Part shown: in pieces, positions 11,792 through 23,760 of the stretch | How positions within the stretch are numbered: the stretch's first letter is position 1 | Layout: every line of letters starts with the position of its first letter | Source: Lama guanicoe | Taxonomy: Eukaryota | DNA length: 64,000 bases | Assembly (NCBI GenBank): GCA_013239625.1 | Contig: MU054212.1 | Location: forward strand, 7,104,270-7,168,269 | Direction: 5' to 3' | The notes under the pieces: model-generated | What the model saw: the letters and a program-made list of their open reading frames with translations, nothing else | Told to the model about the DNA's origin: nothing | Database searches by the model: none | Position numbers and translations under genes: made by a program

Positions 11792-14509
11792 AGAGCTCTG
11801 TTATGTAAAAAGCTTGGAAGTCATCAATCCTATCCTTACAACAGGACAAAAATTAAACATACTAAAAACCAAGGACTTTTCGTAGACACATCAGAGAAAT
11901 GGGGTCACAGGGCAAACTGCCCCCCTAAAATCTGGAGTCACTGCTGAGATAGGCTTGCCTGGAGCAGAAGCTGCTAGAGCCACAATCTCTTGGGAACACT
12001 TAAATGTCAATTTTGATGAAATATTGGAGGCTGAGGGTAGACTAGCTTCAGAGTGAGGAATTCCTGGGTACCCTGTATTTTCATGGGTTTTCCCTCTTGG
12101 AACTCTGCCAAGTTCTAATGGTAATGCTCTAAGAAAAATTCCCATCTGTTTCTGGTAGGAGGAGAGAGAAAGTATCCATTCTGAAATATACCCAGACCAT
12201 TCTTCATAAAAAAAAAAAAAGACCTATTTTTCAAGGGAGAATAGGAGCCTTATGTGACCTTAGGAAACAGAAATTAGCCGACTTCAACCCCCTCTAGCCT
12301 TCCTGTCTCACGTCGGGGCTGGGCGGGAGACACAGAAACATTTTGAATATCATAGCCCAGGGACTAAGTCCTACTAACAGACTGCCTTTAATCAAATGAT
12401 TTTAGAAGGCTTTCCCTCCTTCTCACCTTACGTCTGCATCAACAGAGCTACAGTTATGAACAGTGAATTGCAACTGAAAGAGCTGCAAGACACAGAATCT
12501 GATCAAGAAAGAGTTCTTAGAGAAATCCAAAGACAACAGGGGAGGAAAAAAAGGACACTAAAGAAAACTGAACCATCTGTACCTACAGGTAGAGCAAACA
12601 TTAAACACAGCCCAGTTTTGAGCCAGATTAATATAAATCCTCACACTAAAGGTCTGTTTATTTCAGATCCTATTACTCAATGTGCCACATCAACTTGCAA
12701 CAAAAAGTCACCCTGTACACCAAAGAGAAGGAAAAATAGTCTGAAGATATAAAGCAAGTATCAGAAGCAGACTCAAATATGACACAGGTTTTGGAAATAT
12801 TAGACATGGAATTTAAAGTATCTATGATTAAAATGTTAAGGACTTTGTGGAAAAAGTACACAACATACAAGAATAGATGGGTAATTTATGCAGAAAGATT
12901 GAAACTCTAAGAATCAAAGGATATGCTAGAAATAAAAAATGCTGTTAAAAAAATGAAGAATGCCTTTGATGGGCTCATCATTAGACTAGATAAGAAGGAA
13001 TCCAGCAGTAAGTTTGAAGATACATCATTAGAAACCCCAAAATGAAATAAATGCAAAGAGAAAAAAATGATTAAAAAATAATAATATCCTAGAACTATGA
13101 GATTATCAGGCATTTACAAATGGTGTAACATACATGTGATTGGAATACCTGAAGGAGAAAAAAACAAGGCAGAAGAAATATTTGAAGTAATAATGGCTAT
13201 GAATTTTCCAAAATTAATGCCAGACACCAGACTACAGATCCAGGAATCTTACAAAACAAGAAGCAGGATAACTACCAAAAATATAAAACCTAGGTGTATC
13301 ATATTAAAACTTCAGAAGACCAAAGACAAAGAAAATCTTGAAAAAAGCTGGGAAGGGGGCACGCTTTACATAAAGAGGAAAAAGTTTAAGAAGTACATCA
13401 GATTTCTCATCAGGAAAAATAAGAAGAGGAAGAGAGTGGAGTGGTATATTTTAAATGACTGGAAGAAAAAAATACAAAACTAAAATTTTATATCCTTCAG
13501 AAATGAAGAGAAATAATGACTTTCTCGGATAATTGAAAATGAGTGAATTCATTGCCAGTAGAGCTTCCCTGCAAGAAATGTTAACAGAAGTTCTTTTGAG
13601 AGAAGGGAAGTTACCTACATCAGAAACCCAGATCTACATAAAGAAAGGAAAAATGTCACAGAAGGAGTAAGTGAAAGTAAAATAAAGCCTTTTATTTCTC
13701 CTATTTTTTCTATTTTAATTTATTTATTAGATAAGTATTTGTTCAAAGTAATAATAGTTACAATGTACCAAGTGATTATAGTTTATGAATAAGTGAAATG
13801 AATAGCAGAAATGTTATAAGTGATGAGAGGGAGGAATTGGGACTACTCTGTTACAGTAGAGTAGTTTATATGTAGTATTATAGTATTTAAATGTTCTGGA
13901 GCTTGTTATATGGTAATTTCATTACTCATGAAGGTATAGCGTTATTTGGAAGTGAACTTAGATTAGTTAAAATGTATATTGCAAACTCTAGGGCAGCATC
14001 TACCTTTTTCTTTGAAGTATAATTGATGTGCTAAGAGAGGATAGAAAAAGGAAATATATATAATACTCAATCAAAATCAGAGAAGGAAGAAAATGAGGGA
14101 AAGATTTTTAAAAAGAAAAACCATTATAATGAATAGGAAATGCTTACAAATATGGTACTTATTAATCCAGCTATATCAATGATAACTTTAAACTTACCAA
14201 TTAAAATACAAAGGCTATCACAATGGGGGAGAAAACAGAAATAAGAGCTAATTATGTTGTCTACAGAAAAACCCTGCTTTAATATAAAGACACAGGTTAA
14301 AAGTAAAGGAATGTAGGAAAATATTACTTGCTAACATAATCAACAGAAAGTTGGAGTAGCTGTATTAATTTTACACAGCACAGACTTCAGAACAAGGAAA
14401 AATTATTAGGGATAGTGAGAGACATTACACAATGATAAAGGGGTCAATTCTCCAAGAACACATAACAATCTTTAAAGTGTATGCACCTAACAGTGGAGTG
14501 TCAAAATAC

Positions 14510-14543
<34 letters not shown>

Positions 14544-15297
14544 TAATAATAATAGTAATAAAAAGCCCTGATAGAGCTGCAAGGAGAAATAGACAAATCA
14601 GGTATTATAGTTGGAGACTCAACACCCCTTATCAGTTATTTCATTAGTGAAAAAATCAGTAAAGTTAGAGTTGAATTGAATAGCACCATCAATCACCTTG
14701 ATCTAATTGACATTTATTGACTACTCCAACCAACAACAGGAGAATACACATCTCCTCAAGCTTACATGGAATAGTCACCAAGAGAGACCACATTCTCAGC
14801 CACAAAACAGCATGACAAATTTAATACAACAGTAATCACTCAAAGTATGTTCTTAGACCACAATGGAATTAATCAGTAACAGAAAAATAGCTGAAAAACA
14901 AACAAAAAATAATAGAGATTAAATAATACTCTTCTAAATAACATGGGGGTCAAAGAAATCTCAAGAGAAATTTTAATATATTTTTAATTAAATGAAAATG
15001 AAAATATAACTTATCAAAATTTGTGGCATGCAGCAAAAGCAAAGCTTACAGAGAAGTTTATAGCAGTGAATGCATATGTTAGAGAAGGAAAATACCTAAA
15101 ATTAAAAATGTAAACTTCTACCTTAGGAAATTAGAGAAAGGCAAGCAATTTTAGCCAAAAGTGAGCAGAAGAAAAATTAGAGCAGAAATCAATCAAATTA
15201 AAAACAGAATACCAATAAACAGAATCAATGAAACCAAAAGCTGGTTCTTTGAAAATATCAGTAAAATGTATAAACCTCTAGACAGACTAACCAAGAA
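11792..15297 (+). mobile_element. L1 with 5' UTR, decayed ORF1, spacer and ORF2 endonuclease region; 3'-truncated
   Basis: ORF track 13097-13483 (NIHVIGIPEGE...EEIFEVIMAMNFPKL...PRCIILKL) is L1 ORF1; 14432 (MIKGSILQEHITIFKVYAPN) and 15161 (RINETKSWFFENI) are L1 ORF2; many stops and frameshifts. Confidence 0.92.
14509..14560. repeat. (AAT)n microsatellite inside L1 ORF2
   Basis: About 17 trinucleotide units read directly, with AAC and AGT interruptions. Confidence 0.95.
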
Positions 15298-15305
15298 AAA
15301 ATTCT

Positions 15306-16110
15306 TCAGCAGAAGGAAAATTATACCAAACAGCTACTTGGAAACAGAGGAAGCAATGAAGAGCAATGAGTGGTAAATAGGTGGGTCCTTACAAAAGGAT
15401 ACTGATTGAACAGGATGATAATAGCAATGTGTTGTAAAATTCAAAATACATGCAAAGTTAACATGTGTGACAAAAGTAGGGCAAAAGATTGAGAGGTGGG
15501 TGAATACAATTCAGCCGTTCTAAGATCTAAGCATTATCAGGGAAATGATAAAATTAATAATTGTATTAGATGTATTAAGCCACATATCTATTCTCTAAAG
15601 TGGAGATCTCTAAAATGATCCTTAAAAGAATAGCAAAAGAATGTAAAACCAATTAAAGATGGAAAACAAAATAATTCAACATATTTTATTAATTCAAAGA
15701 AAGACAATAAAGGATAGAAAAATAAACAGAGACCATTCACGTGTAAAGCAAATTGCAAGATGGTAGATACTGACCCAAGCATACCAATAATTGAATTTAA
15801 ATTGAACAAATATTTCAGTAAAAGAGTAAAATTATCAGACTCAATTTTTAAAATAACATGGTAATTAGAAGTAAATTCTATGACACAGAGCATTTGAACA
15901 TAAAGGAGTGAGAAGCATTACCAGAGTTACTTGCAGACATTTTGTAATGATGAGACAATCCATCAGTTAGAAATAAAAACCCTAAGTCTATGTGTGCACA
16001 ATTACATATTTGAAAATATATCAAACAAAAGTGAACAGTGATCTAAACAAATCTACATTCATATCAGGAGATTTTATTGTACCTACTTCAATAGTTAACA
16101 GGACAACATA
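15306..16110 (+). mobile_element. Continuation of the older L1 (ORF1 end, spacer, ORF2 start)
   Basis: TCAGCAGAAGGAAAATTATACCA...GAAGCAATGAAGAGC continues the ORF1 end broken at ~11783; later AAGATGGTAGATACTGACCCAAGCATACCAATAATT. Confidence 0.65.
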
Positions 16111-16299
16111 AGGAGTCATCCTTCTTGATTTGACTTATACCCAAAAGACAAAACTTGAAACTCTAATGAGAAAAGTTTTTCTAAATGAAGAGTGATTGTC
16201 TGTGGTTTTCTTGTATCTGGACCTCTGTAATCACAGACCATATCCATTCTCCTCCCTTGGAACCTGCAGGGCTTTATAACCTGATATTTGACCCCCAAA

Positions 16300-18560
16300 C
16301 TCATTATCTGACAGGAAAACTGATACCTCCCAAAGGAAATGTCCTCACAGAATAAAATAACAAGATATTTGAAGAGAACTATTTACAGAGGAAAAGAACA
16401 CACTGCACAAAATTCTTCAGAAATAGAAGTACTGGAACAAACAATTTTAAATTCTGATAAACTAAAGTATATTAAAAGATAAACAAAATATTTTTAATGT
16501 GAAGTAGAATAAGAACACATTAAACTAAAGTATATTAAAAGATAAACAAAATATTTTTAATGTGAAGTAGAATAAGAACACATTAAAAGAACAAATAGGA
16601 AAAATGATTTGAAAAATAAGATAGCATAAAGGGCTCAATGGTTATACAGATTTGAATGGATAAAACTGAGGGAGAAATTAGTAACTGGGAGACCCATTTG
16701 AGTAACTGTGTAGAAGGAAGAACTAAAAGTTAAAAGAAAATATTAAATGTTAAGCTATCTGGAAAGTAGAATTAAAGTAGAATTTTAAAAAACACAAATA
16801 ATAGAACCTCAAGAAGGAGAGCATAATAGAAAATGAAAGAAGGAAATTTTTTTTAATAATGGAGAAATATTTCCTGGAATTCAAAAATAAATGAAAAATT
16901 CATATACAAGAGTTCATAGATTGTTAAAAAGGAGAAATTAGTGGGGAAAGAACACTTGGGAATAAAGAATATACCAAAGACAACACGAAACTTCTAAAAG
17001 CTTCAGAAAGAAGGAGCAGCTTAAGGAAATCATCAGGTCAGCAACACACGTTTCAACAACATCGCTGGAAGCAATATGATGATGGAACAGTGTTTTGAAA
17101 ATATTGAAAGAAGAAAATTTGAACATATGCTTAGACCCCACCAAACTAATTCAAATGTTACAACCTGATAAAAAATATTTACATGAATTCAAAACCTTAG
17201 CTTTTTCCAAAAAGACTTGCATTGAAAACAGTTTGGGATAATATTTTTAAATAGTATTTTTTAACATTTTTATCTTTCAATAAATCTATGAGATGCTATA
17301 AGAAATGTGAAGAGATTAAATATGTCAGTAAAGTTTGTTTTCTTTACAATCACAGTTAGCATTAGAGAAAAGAAGATACATACATACTACCCCAGAATTA
17401 AAATCTAGATAACATGAAACTAAAAAGGAAGGAGGGAGGGTGCAGCAGAGGGATAAAAACGTATAATAAATATATCATCCTGTTTGAAATGAGAGCTTTA
17501 GCTAACAGTTCAAGACAATTAGTAAACATAAGTTTTCACATAGACACAGAAAACATGCAATGAAATAATAAACAAAATATTAGAATTAGATACAAATACA
17601 CAAAGAAATAAACTAATTGTAAATTTTCTGAACTCACTGGTCAAGACATTTTCAGATTGGATTAAAAAAAGAAAAAAATCAAAATATATGCAATTTATGA
17701 GAGATCTAAAGAATAAAGACATGCAAAGATCGAAACTTTTTAATAAGTAAAAGCATTCTATCAGACAAATACTAACCAAAAGAAATCCGGTTTGGGTAAA
17801 CTACCATTAGAAAACTGTACTTAAAATCTACCACTACATACAAACAAGGTATAACCTACTATCGTCTCAGCATTTTGCCTGGAAATATTTCTAATCTGGA
17901 ATCAAAACAGTGGCAAGCAGCCTTACTGTGAGGAGGAAGAGAGAGATCAGAGTTCTGGGAGGCAGAGGAAGCTGGAAATCTGCAAGGCATTGTAATGAAG
18001 AGGGGGAATCCCTGTGGAAAATGGGCCCCGGAAATCTTCAAGTCTGTTCAGAGAATCACCAAGAAGGTGTAAGCTGAGTATTTCCAGAGCTCACACATAG
18101 CTGGACACGTATGTATTCCAATTAGTTAGAAGAGAGAATCTTTGGGGAACACCCAGGTCATTCAAAAGAGACCCCTTGAAGGGGTGTGTATTAGCAGAGG
18201 GCTAAATCCAAAGAAAAAGCACTGTAAATGCACCATAAAAGTCTTAAAAAAATTTTTCAATGAAAAAATAGAAAATCTGAATAGCCTGATGTCTCTTTAA
18301 AAAATTGAACTTATAAGTAAAAAGCCTTTCACAAGGAGATTCTGTCCCAGATGGCTTCAATGGTAAATTCTATGAAATATTTGGTAAGGAATAATACCAT
18401 TCTTATGCAAAATCTTTCAGAAAATAGAGGAAAGGGGAACACACGCCAGCTCAGATAATGAGAAAGCATTGCCCTGATACCAAGATCAGAAAGCTGTATT
18501 ACAGAAGAAGAAAGAGGAGGAGGAGATGGTCACAGGCCAGGTGCATTGATTAATATTTAA
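16300..18560 (+). mobile_element. Further degenerate L1/HAL1-like ORF1, 5' UTR and ORF2 fragments
   Basis: ORF1-like motifs (GATGATGGAACAGTGTTTTGAAAATATTGAAAG) and ORF2 motifs (CCCAGATGGCTTCAATGGTAAATTCTA, GCATTGCCCTGATACCAAG). Confidence 0.6.
16458..16587. repeat. Perfect 63-bp tandem duplication
   Basis: 16458-16520 is identical to 16521-16583; followed by TAAA microhomology. Confidence 0.97.
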
Positions 18561-21500
18561 AGGACATTTCCCAGAAACATTATTTTAAAATTGCCTCTTT
18601 GTTAAATATCCAGATTTGATGTCCTCAGAGCAGGGCACCATGTAAGATTATGGACGGGTTAAGGGCAGGGAGAAAGAAGAATCAACACGATTTTACAAAA
18701 TGGTACACATATGGAAGTTTGTGGGCAGGGAATTGATATCTTTAAGATTCTTGTTAGGTTTGATGTCCTAATCTTGTAATCCTAAATTGGATTGCTAAGT
18801 AATGTTGTGCAAGTATTTACCCTATTACCTGAACAGGGTTCAGATTCTTCAGAAAGCAGAGCCCATCTCCAAGGATTCTCTTCGCTCTGCCTTTTTACCT
18901 ACTTTACAGCTGTGTTTTATTTAACTTTCATTTCAACTGTATTTATTTTTATTCAGCAATATAATAAGCACAGAAATCAGTTCATTTTTTTAAATCTCCA
19001 TTATAATTTTATCTTGAAATATTTATTATAGTTGTTATTGTTAATTCATTTAGGCATGAGAATTCTGTTCCCTGCTTGACTAGATGATTATCTGATCATG
19101 TTGTTAGAATATTGAAACATCTGCCTCCAATAAAAGTTCCTTGCAGTAAATCAACTACGCTTGAATAAAAAATAAAATTTTTAAAAATAAAAAAAATCTG
19201 TTTTAAAACTACAATGATTAATATATGTGTTGATGTAAAGATGAAAAAAAAAAGTTCTGTGGAGAGTACTTATCACAATACCTTAAGGATAGAGAAGGGG
19301 GATTTAACCAAGTGGAAAAGAATAGGTTGTTTAGTATTTTTATGCTTGCCTGCTGATAAATATTTAATTGTGGCAAAATTTGTCTGAAAATTGCTTTCAT
19401 TATAACATACAACCTAATAGAAAATTTTGTGCTAGAGGTCCCTAAAGTTCTCACCCACCTGGGGTTATTGAAGAATGCCACAATTTAGATAGCCCAGGTG
19501 ACAACAATACCTCCTTGAAATCAGGAGTAAGAAATCTGATTTTTTTTTTTTGCTCCTTTCTTTCTTTTCCTTTGTGTTCCTTCTCCTTTCTTCCCATAAG
19601 ACAGATATGCCAAGGTACGTATATAGAAATTCCCCTGTAGTCAATCTCCACTAAATAGGTCCTTAAAAATTTTTCTGTCTCTGAACAACCTCCTAAAAAA
19701 TACAGCATTTTGATCATTCATAGCTGGACCATCTCTTACTGCAGTGCTACAGTAGTCTAAAAATATACCAATATTTTAAATAATTTAATTTAGTTTTTTA
19801 AATATTTAAGCATTAGTAAAATCAATTTTTAAATGTCGATTAACTGCATTGATTTTTTTTTCAGTACTCATGTACAGTGATTTCTGCTCCTTCAAGTAGA
19901 AATCAAGACCATTTCTTTACATAAGAACACATGCCACATCTATTTCTTCTTTAAAACTGCAACCTTAGCTGCCAGTAGAAGTTCCTCAGGGGTTTTAAAA
20001 ACATCAATCAGTTTCACAGCTGGAGAGAAAATACTTTCTTAGAGAATAGTTTTAGCTGTAAGAAGAATAGGCTTTGTCATTTTCAAGAGGGTACACAATG
20101 AGTTAAATTTAAGAAATTAAATTTAAATCCAAGAAATAGCTTTTCACTCACAACTGACTTGATTTGAAGAGAAAAAAAAATGGAGTGGGAAAAGTGACTC
20201 AACACTTTACATCCCAAGTACTTCCTCTCAGGCAGTACACAGTGAACTGTGGTGATAGCCACTGGGCAGCCTGGGCCTGGGGACCCTGCCACTCCTATCC
20301 TACAGAAAAGCCTTGCTGTACCAGTACCAGGGCTTAGACAAAAGCACTTTATGATTCCTGCTTCCCCCTGAGTGAAAAGGTATTTCAGCCTTAGGTCTGA
20401 ATCTTGACAGGAAAGGAAATCTAAAATCTCAAATGAAGCATTGCCCTTTACTTAGTTTATAGCTTGTGTTTTATTTGGCTTTCACTTAAACTGGGTTGTT
20501 TTTACTCACAAATATAATACACACAGATATTTTAGAATCATTTTTATAATGAGATCTTGATTATAATTTTATCTTCAAATATCTATTATAGTTATTATTA
20601 GTTCATTTAGACAGAACATGGTAGTGAATTAATTATATCTTCTTCGCACTTTAAAGGAAAATATAGTACTTTTTTTTAAAAAGGATAATTGATGTATCTA
20701 ATAAAGCTTGGTTCAGAGTAACTTTGTTTTTAACCAGTATTTTAAATAGGATAATTTCCTTCCCTATGTCATTGTCATAATATTTTGATCAATATGCAGA
20801 CGAATCAAGGGGATACTTTTAGTCAATTAAGATAAATGTGAGAATGTACAATTGAATAAAGCTTGTTCATTTTACATTGGTTCATACGTATGAAAGACAA
20901 CTACCATATAACAATTGAGCTATTACTTTTTTAAAAGTTTATAAGTCTGTGTGCAAAAGTGCATTCATTTCTGTGGGTAGAACATGAAATAATGCTTTGT
21001 CAATTAACATTTAATTTCACTCAAAGAATTGTTTTAAATAAACCCCAGAGATTTCCCTGAAAAAAAAAAAATCAAACTTAGAGGCAAAGAAGAATGCTTT
21101 CTTTTGTAAGTTTAAATACCTTCTGTGTCTGAAAATGCGAAAAAATAGCGCCAATTGTGAGGATGGATTAATGACAATAAAAGCATTTGAAATCCTCGCT
21201 TTTATGTTGATTGTGTAAATATAAAGTTACAACTAATAAGAACTCAAGTGTACTCTGAAAGAACAACTTAAGACTTTCTGTTCTTTATTGCAAATGTTTG
21301 CTCATGTTATTTGTCTTGTGTTATTTGTTCTGACTGGCTTTAGTTTTTGAAATTATCCATTTTATCCAGGATTTATTTGCCAGAATTCTCTTTAAAATTC
21401 AGATGTGTTATAATTGTCATCATTTATTTAAGTAGTTTACTTTTTCCATTAACAAAGGAACTATGGACTGAATTGGGAAGAAAACAGCCTGATGCAGAGT

Positions 21501-21599
21501 GAGGAGCCAGTGGGGAAGGGCAGGAAGAACAGTGAGTGTCGTACAGAAGGGGCAGGCATGGGTTGGGCATCTGTAGGAAATGATTCTGGGTACTTACTT

Positions 21600-21745
21600 C
21601 ACTCTTACCCTTACAACAGATATGTTGTCAAGTAGTTATCATTTTCCAGTTTTAAAAATAAGGGGCCAGGGAATCAAGAAGATTAAATAACTTGCCCCAG
21701 AGCTATGACATGCAAAGCCAGGTCCAGTTGACTCCAAAGCCTATG
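21600..21745 (-). mobile_element. MIR SINE fragment
   Basis: AAGATTAAATAACTTGCCCCAGAG...TGACTCCAAAGCCT MIR core. Confidence 0.7.
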
Positions 21746-21984
21746 AGATGACAAAATGCAAGGTTTTGATTTTTCTGCAGAGTCCTGTTAGAGGTGAGCA
21801 AGGACCACCTCTAATAAAATCTGTGAAGGGGACAGAATTTTGATTTAGTGTCTCAAGGCTCTCTAATGCTTCATTTCCTATACCATGCCCCAAAAGCAAA
21901 CATTTCTTTTCTGACATTCAGTCCGAGAGTCAGCAGTAATGCCTTCCCAGGCCTTCCCATTTCTCCCTGTCCTTTTCTTCTTTA

Positions 21985-22135
21985 CTCATTCATCTGATTG
22001 TTCATTCATTCATGCATGCATTTGTTCGCCAAATGCTGAGTGTTTACTATGTGCTACGCACTGTTTTGGCTCTGAGGCTACAAATGTGAACTAAAGGAAC
22101 CCCATTCTTGCCTTCATGGAATTACCACCTAATGG
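21985..22135 (-). mobile_element. L2 3' end
   Basis: TCATTCATTCAT...TGAGTGTTTACTATGTGCTACGCACTGT...TGCCTTCATGGA. Confidence 0.75.
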
Positions 22136-22544
22136 GACCTGAGAACAACCTTACAGAGATACTCTAATTACACAAATAATAAATATTTGAATTACAGTCA
22201 CTCTGTTCTCCTCATCTCCATCATCAATCTAAGTCAATGTCACCTCTCAGGAAGCAATCTGAAAACCTAGGTCGGATGTAAACCTGTAAATTTTATCCTG
22301 CCACATTCTCATAAGAGTCTAGATACCAACTGAAAGGTGACAAGGGTAAATGACAGGGTTGTGGGGGGAGGCATAGAGGAGCCTCTGGAGTAGGGCAAGA
22401 AAGGCAATAGTAACCAAAGGAGCAAAAAGAGGTGGACAATGCATATGTAATTGGTCAGAGATGAAAGGAAAAGGCAAAAATAGAGATAGCCTGGAGAAGT
22501 GAATTAAGGAGAGTCCTAATTGGTAAAATGAGCTATGCACCATC

Positions 22545-22690
22545 TGTCCCTCTGTAAGACTCTAAGCCCCTTAAGAGAGGAACTGAGCATTATTTACTCT
22601 TTCCCTGTGCATCATCACTGTGCCACCTAGTATTCTGCCTTGCACCTAGTATGTATTCTGTAATATTTGATGAATGAAAGAAGAAATGAA
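22545..22690 (+). mobile_element. L2 3' end
   Basis: AGACTCTAAGCCCCTTAAGAGAGG...TGCCTTGCACCTAGTATGTATTCTGTAATATTTGATGAATGAA. Confidence 0.7.
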
Positions 22691-23149
22691 GGGAGGAACC
22701 CAATATATGGGCATAATCTGATTTACTGATATTAAATACTGCATAGTGATAACTGATAGGCGAGTTATTAAGTGCATATAACTCCATGCCTTCTGACTCC
22801 TACAACGACAGTGACTTAAGTAAGGGACCTACCTGGGCTTTCAACTCCTTGGCCTGTTTTCAGTGCTAAGATTTTTTACCCATGCATCAAGATTTCTTTC
22901 AGTAGTACATTTTAGAAGGGCTTTTTCCCATACACAACTCCTCATGAATGTACCTAAGTGATGATTTATGAAGAGCCAAGGAAAGCAAGCATGAACTGGA
23001 CACAATTCTTTCCATTTGTTTAAATGCCTCCTCATTGGACTCAGCAGAGGAACATGATTCTCTATAATATGTATATTTCCTTTTAAAGCCCCTGACTGAC
23101 ATAGGAATCTCTTGACTCTTTACCCTAATCCCTCAGACCTTCCATATGT

Positions 23150-23760
23150 CCAGCTGGACATAGTACATTTAAATCAGGCTCACCCATTCAAAGGCACATT
23201 ATCCCTGTTGCAAGTAATCCCTTAGATACTCTCCCCTTTCCAACAGCCTCTGCTTCCCTGTGCCAGTCCAGCACACCCCTGATTTCTGACCTTTTGATTT
23301 GGTCTCGTCTCAAGGCCCATGCTCAAACATTGTGCAGGATGGAATTCAGTTCTCATCCTCAGATTTTAGTATTCTCTCTAGGTCTAGGTTTGAACTTGCC
23401 CTTTACTTCTTCCTGCTCTTGGCTGCTCTGGATAGCCATAATCTGTAACCCAACACCTATTTCTGGAACTGCATTTCAGCCATCATGACCTGATATCCTG
23501 CTCAGATCTACTCCCAATTCCTGAGGAAAAGAAATTAAGCTTTCACATGCCTAGGCCTCTCTGAATTTCCTGCCTATGTGGATGAACAGCTTGAACCTTG
23601 AATTTAGTTTGGATTCCACTGTTGGATTACCCCCGCCATGGATTAAGCTCACCACTGCCTTTGTGCTCAAAACTCCTTTATTCTTCTTGCTTCCTTTATC
23701 TCCTCAGGTTTGGCTTAACTGTTAGGTCAGCTTGAGAACAGGTGTCCAGCTTCTATCAGT
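23150..23760. mobile_element. Possible ancient MaLR/ERVL-type LTR
   Basis: C/T-rich block ending GCTTAACTGTTAGGTCAGCTTGAG, reminiscent of MLT1 ends. Confidence 0.3.

Noticed and set aside
14432..14647. Poly-isoleucine membrane peptide
   Set aside because: Artefact of an (AAT)n microsatellite inside a dead L1 ORF2
16458..16587. CRISPR-like or prokaryotic repeat array
   Set aside because: Two abutting copies with no spacers in clearly mammalian DNA; I saw no prokaryotic features anywhere in the window
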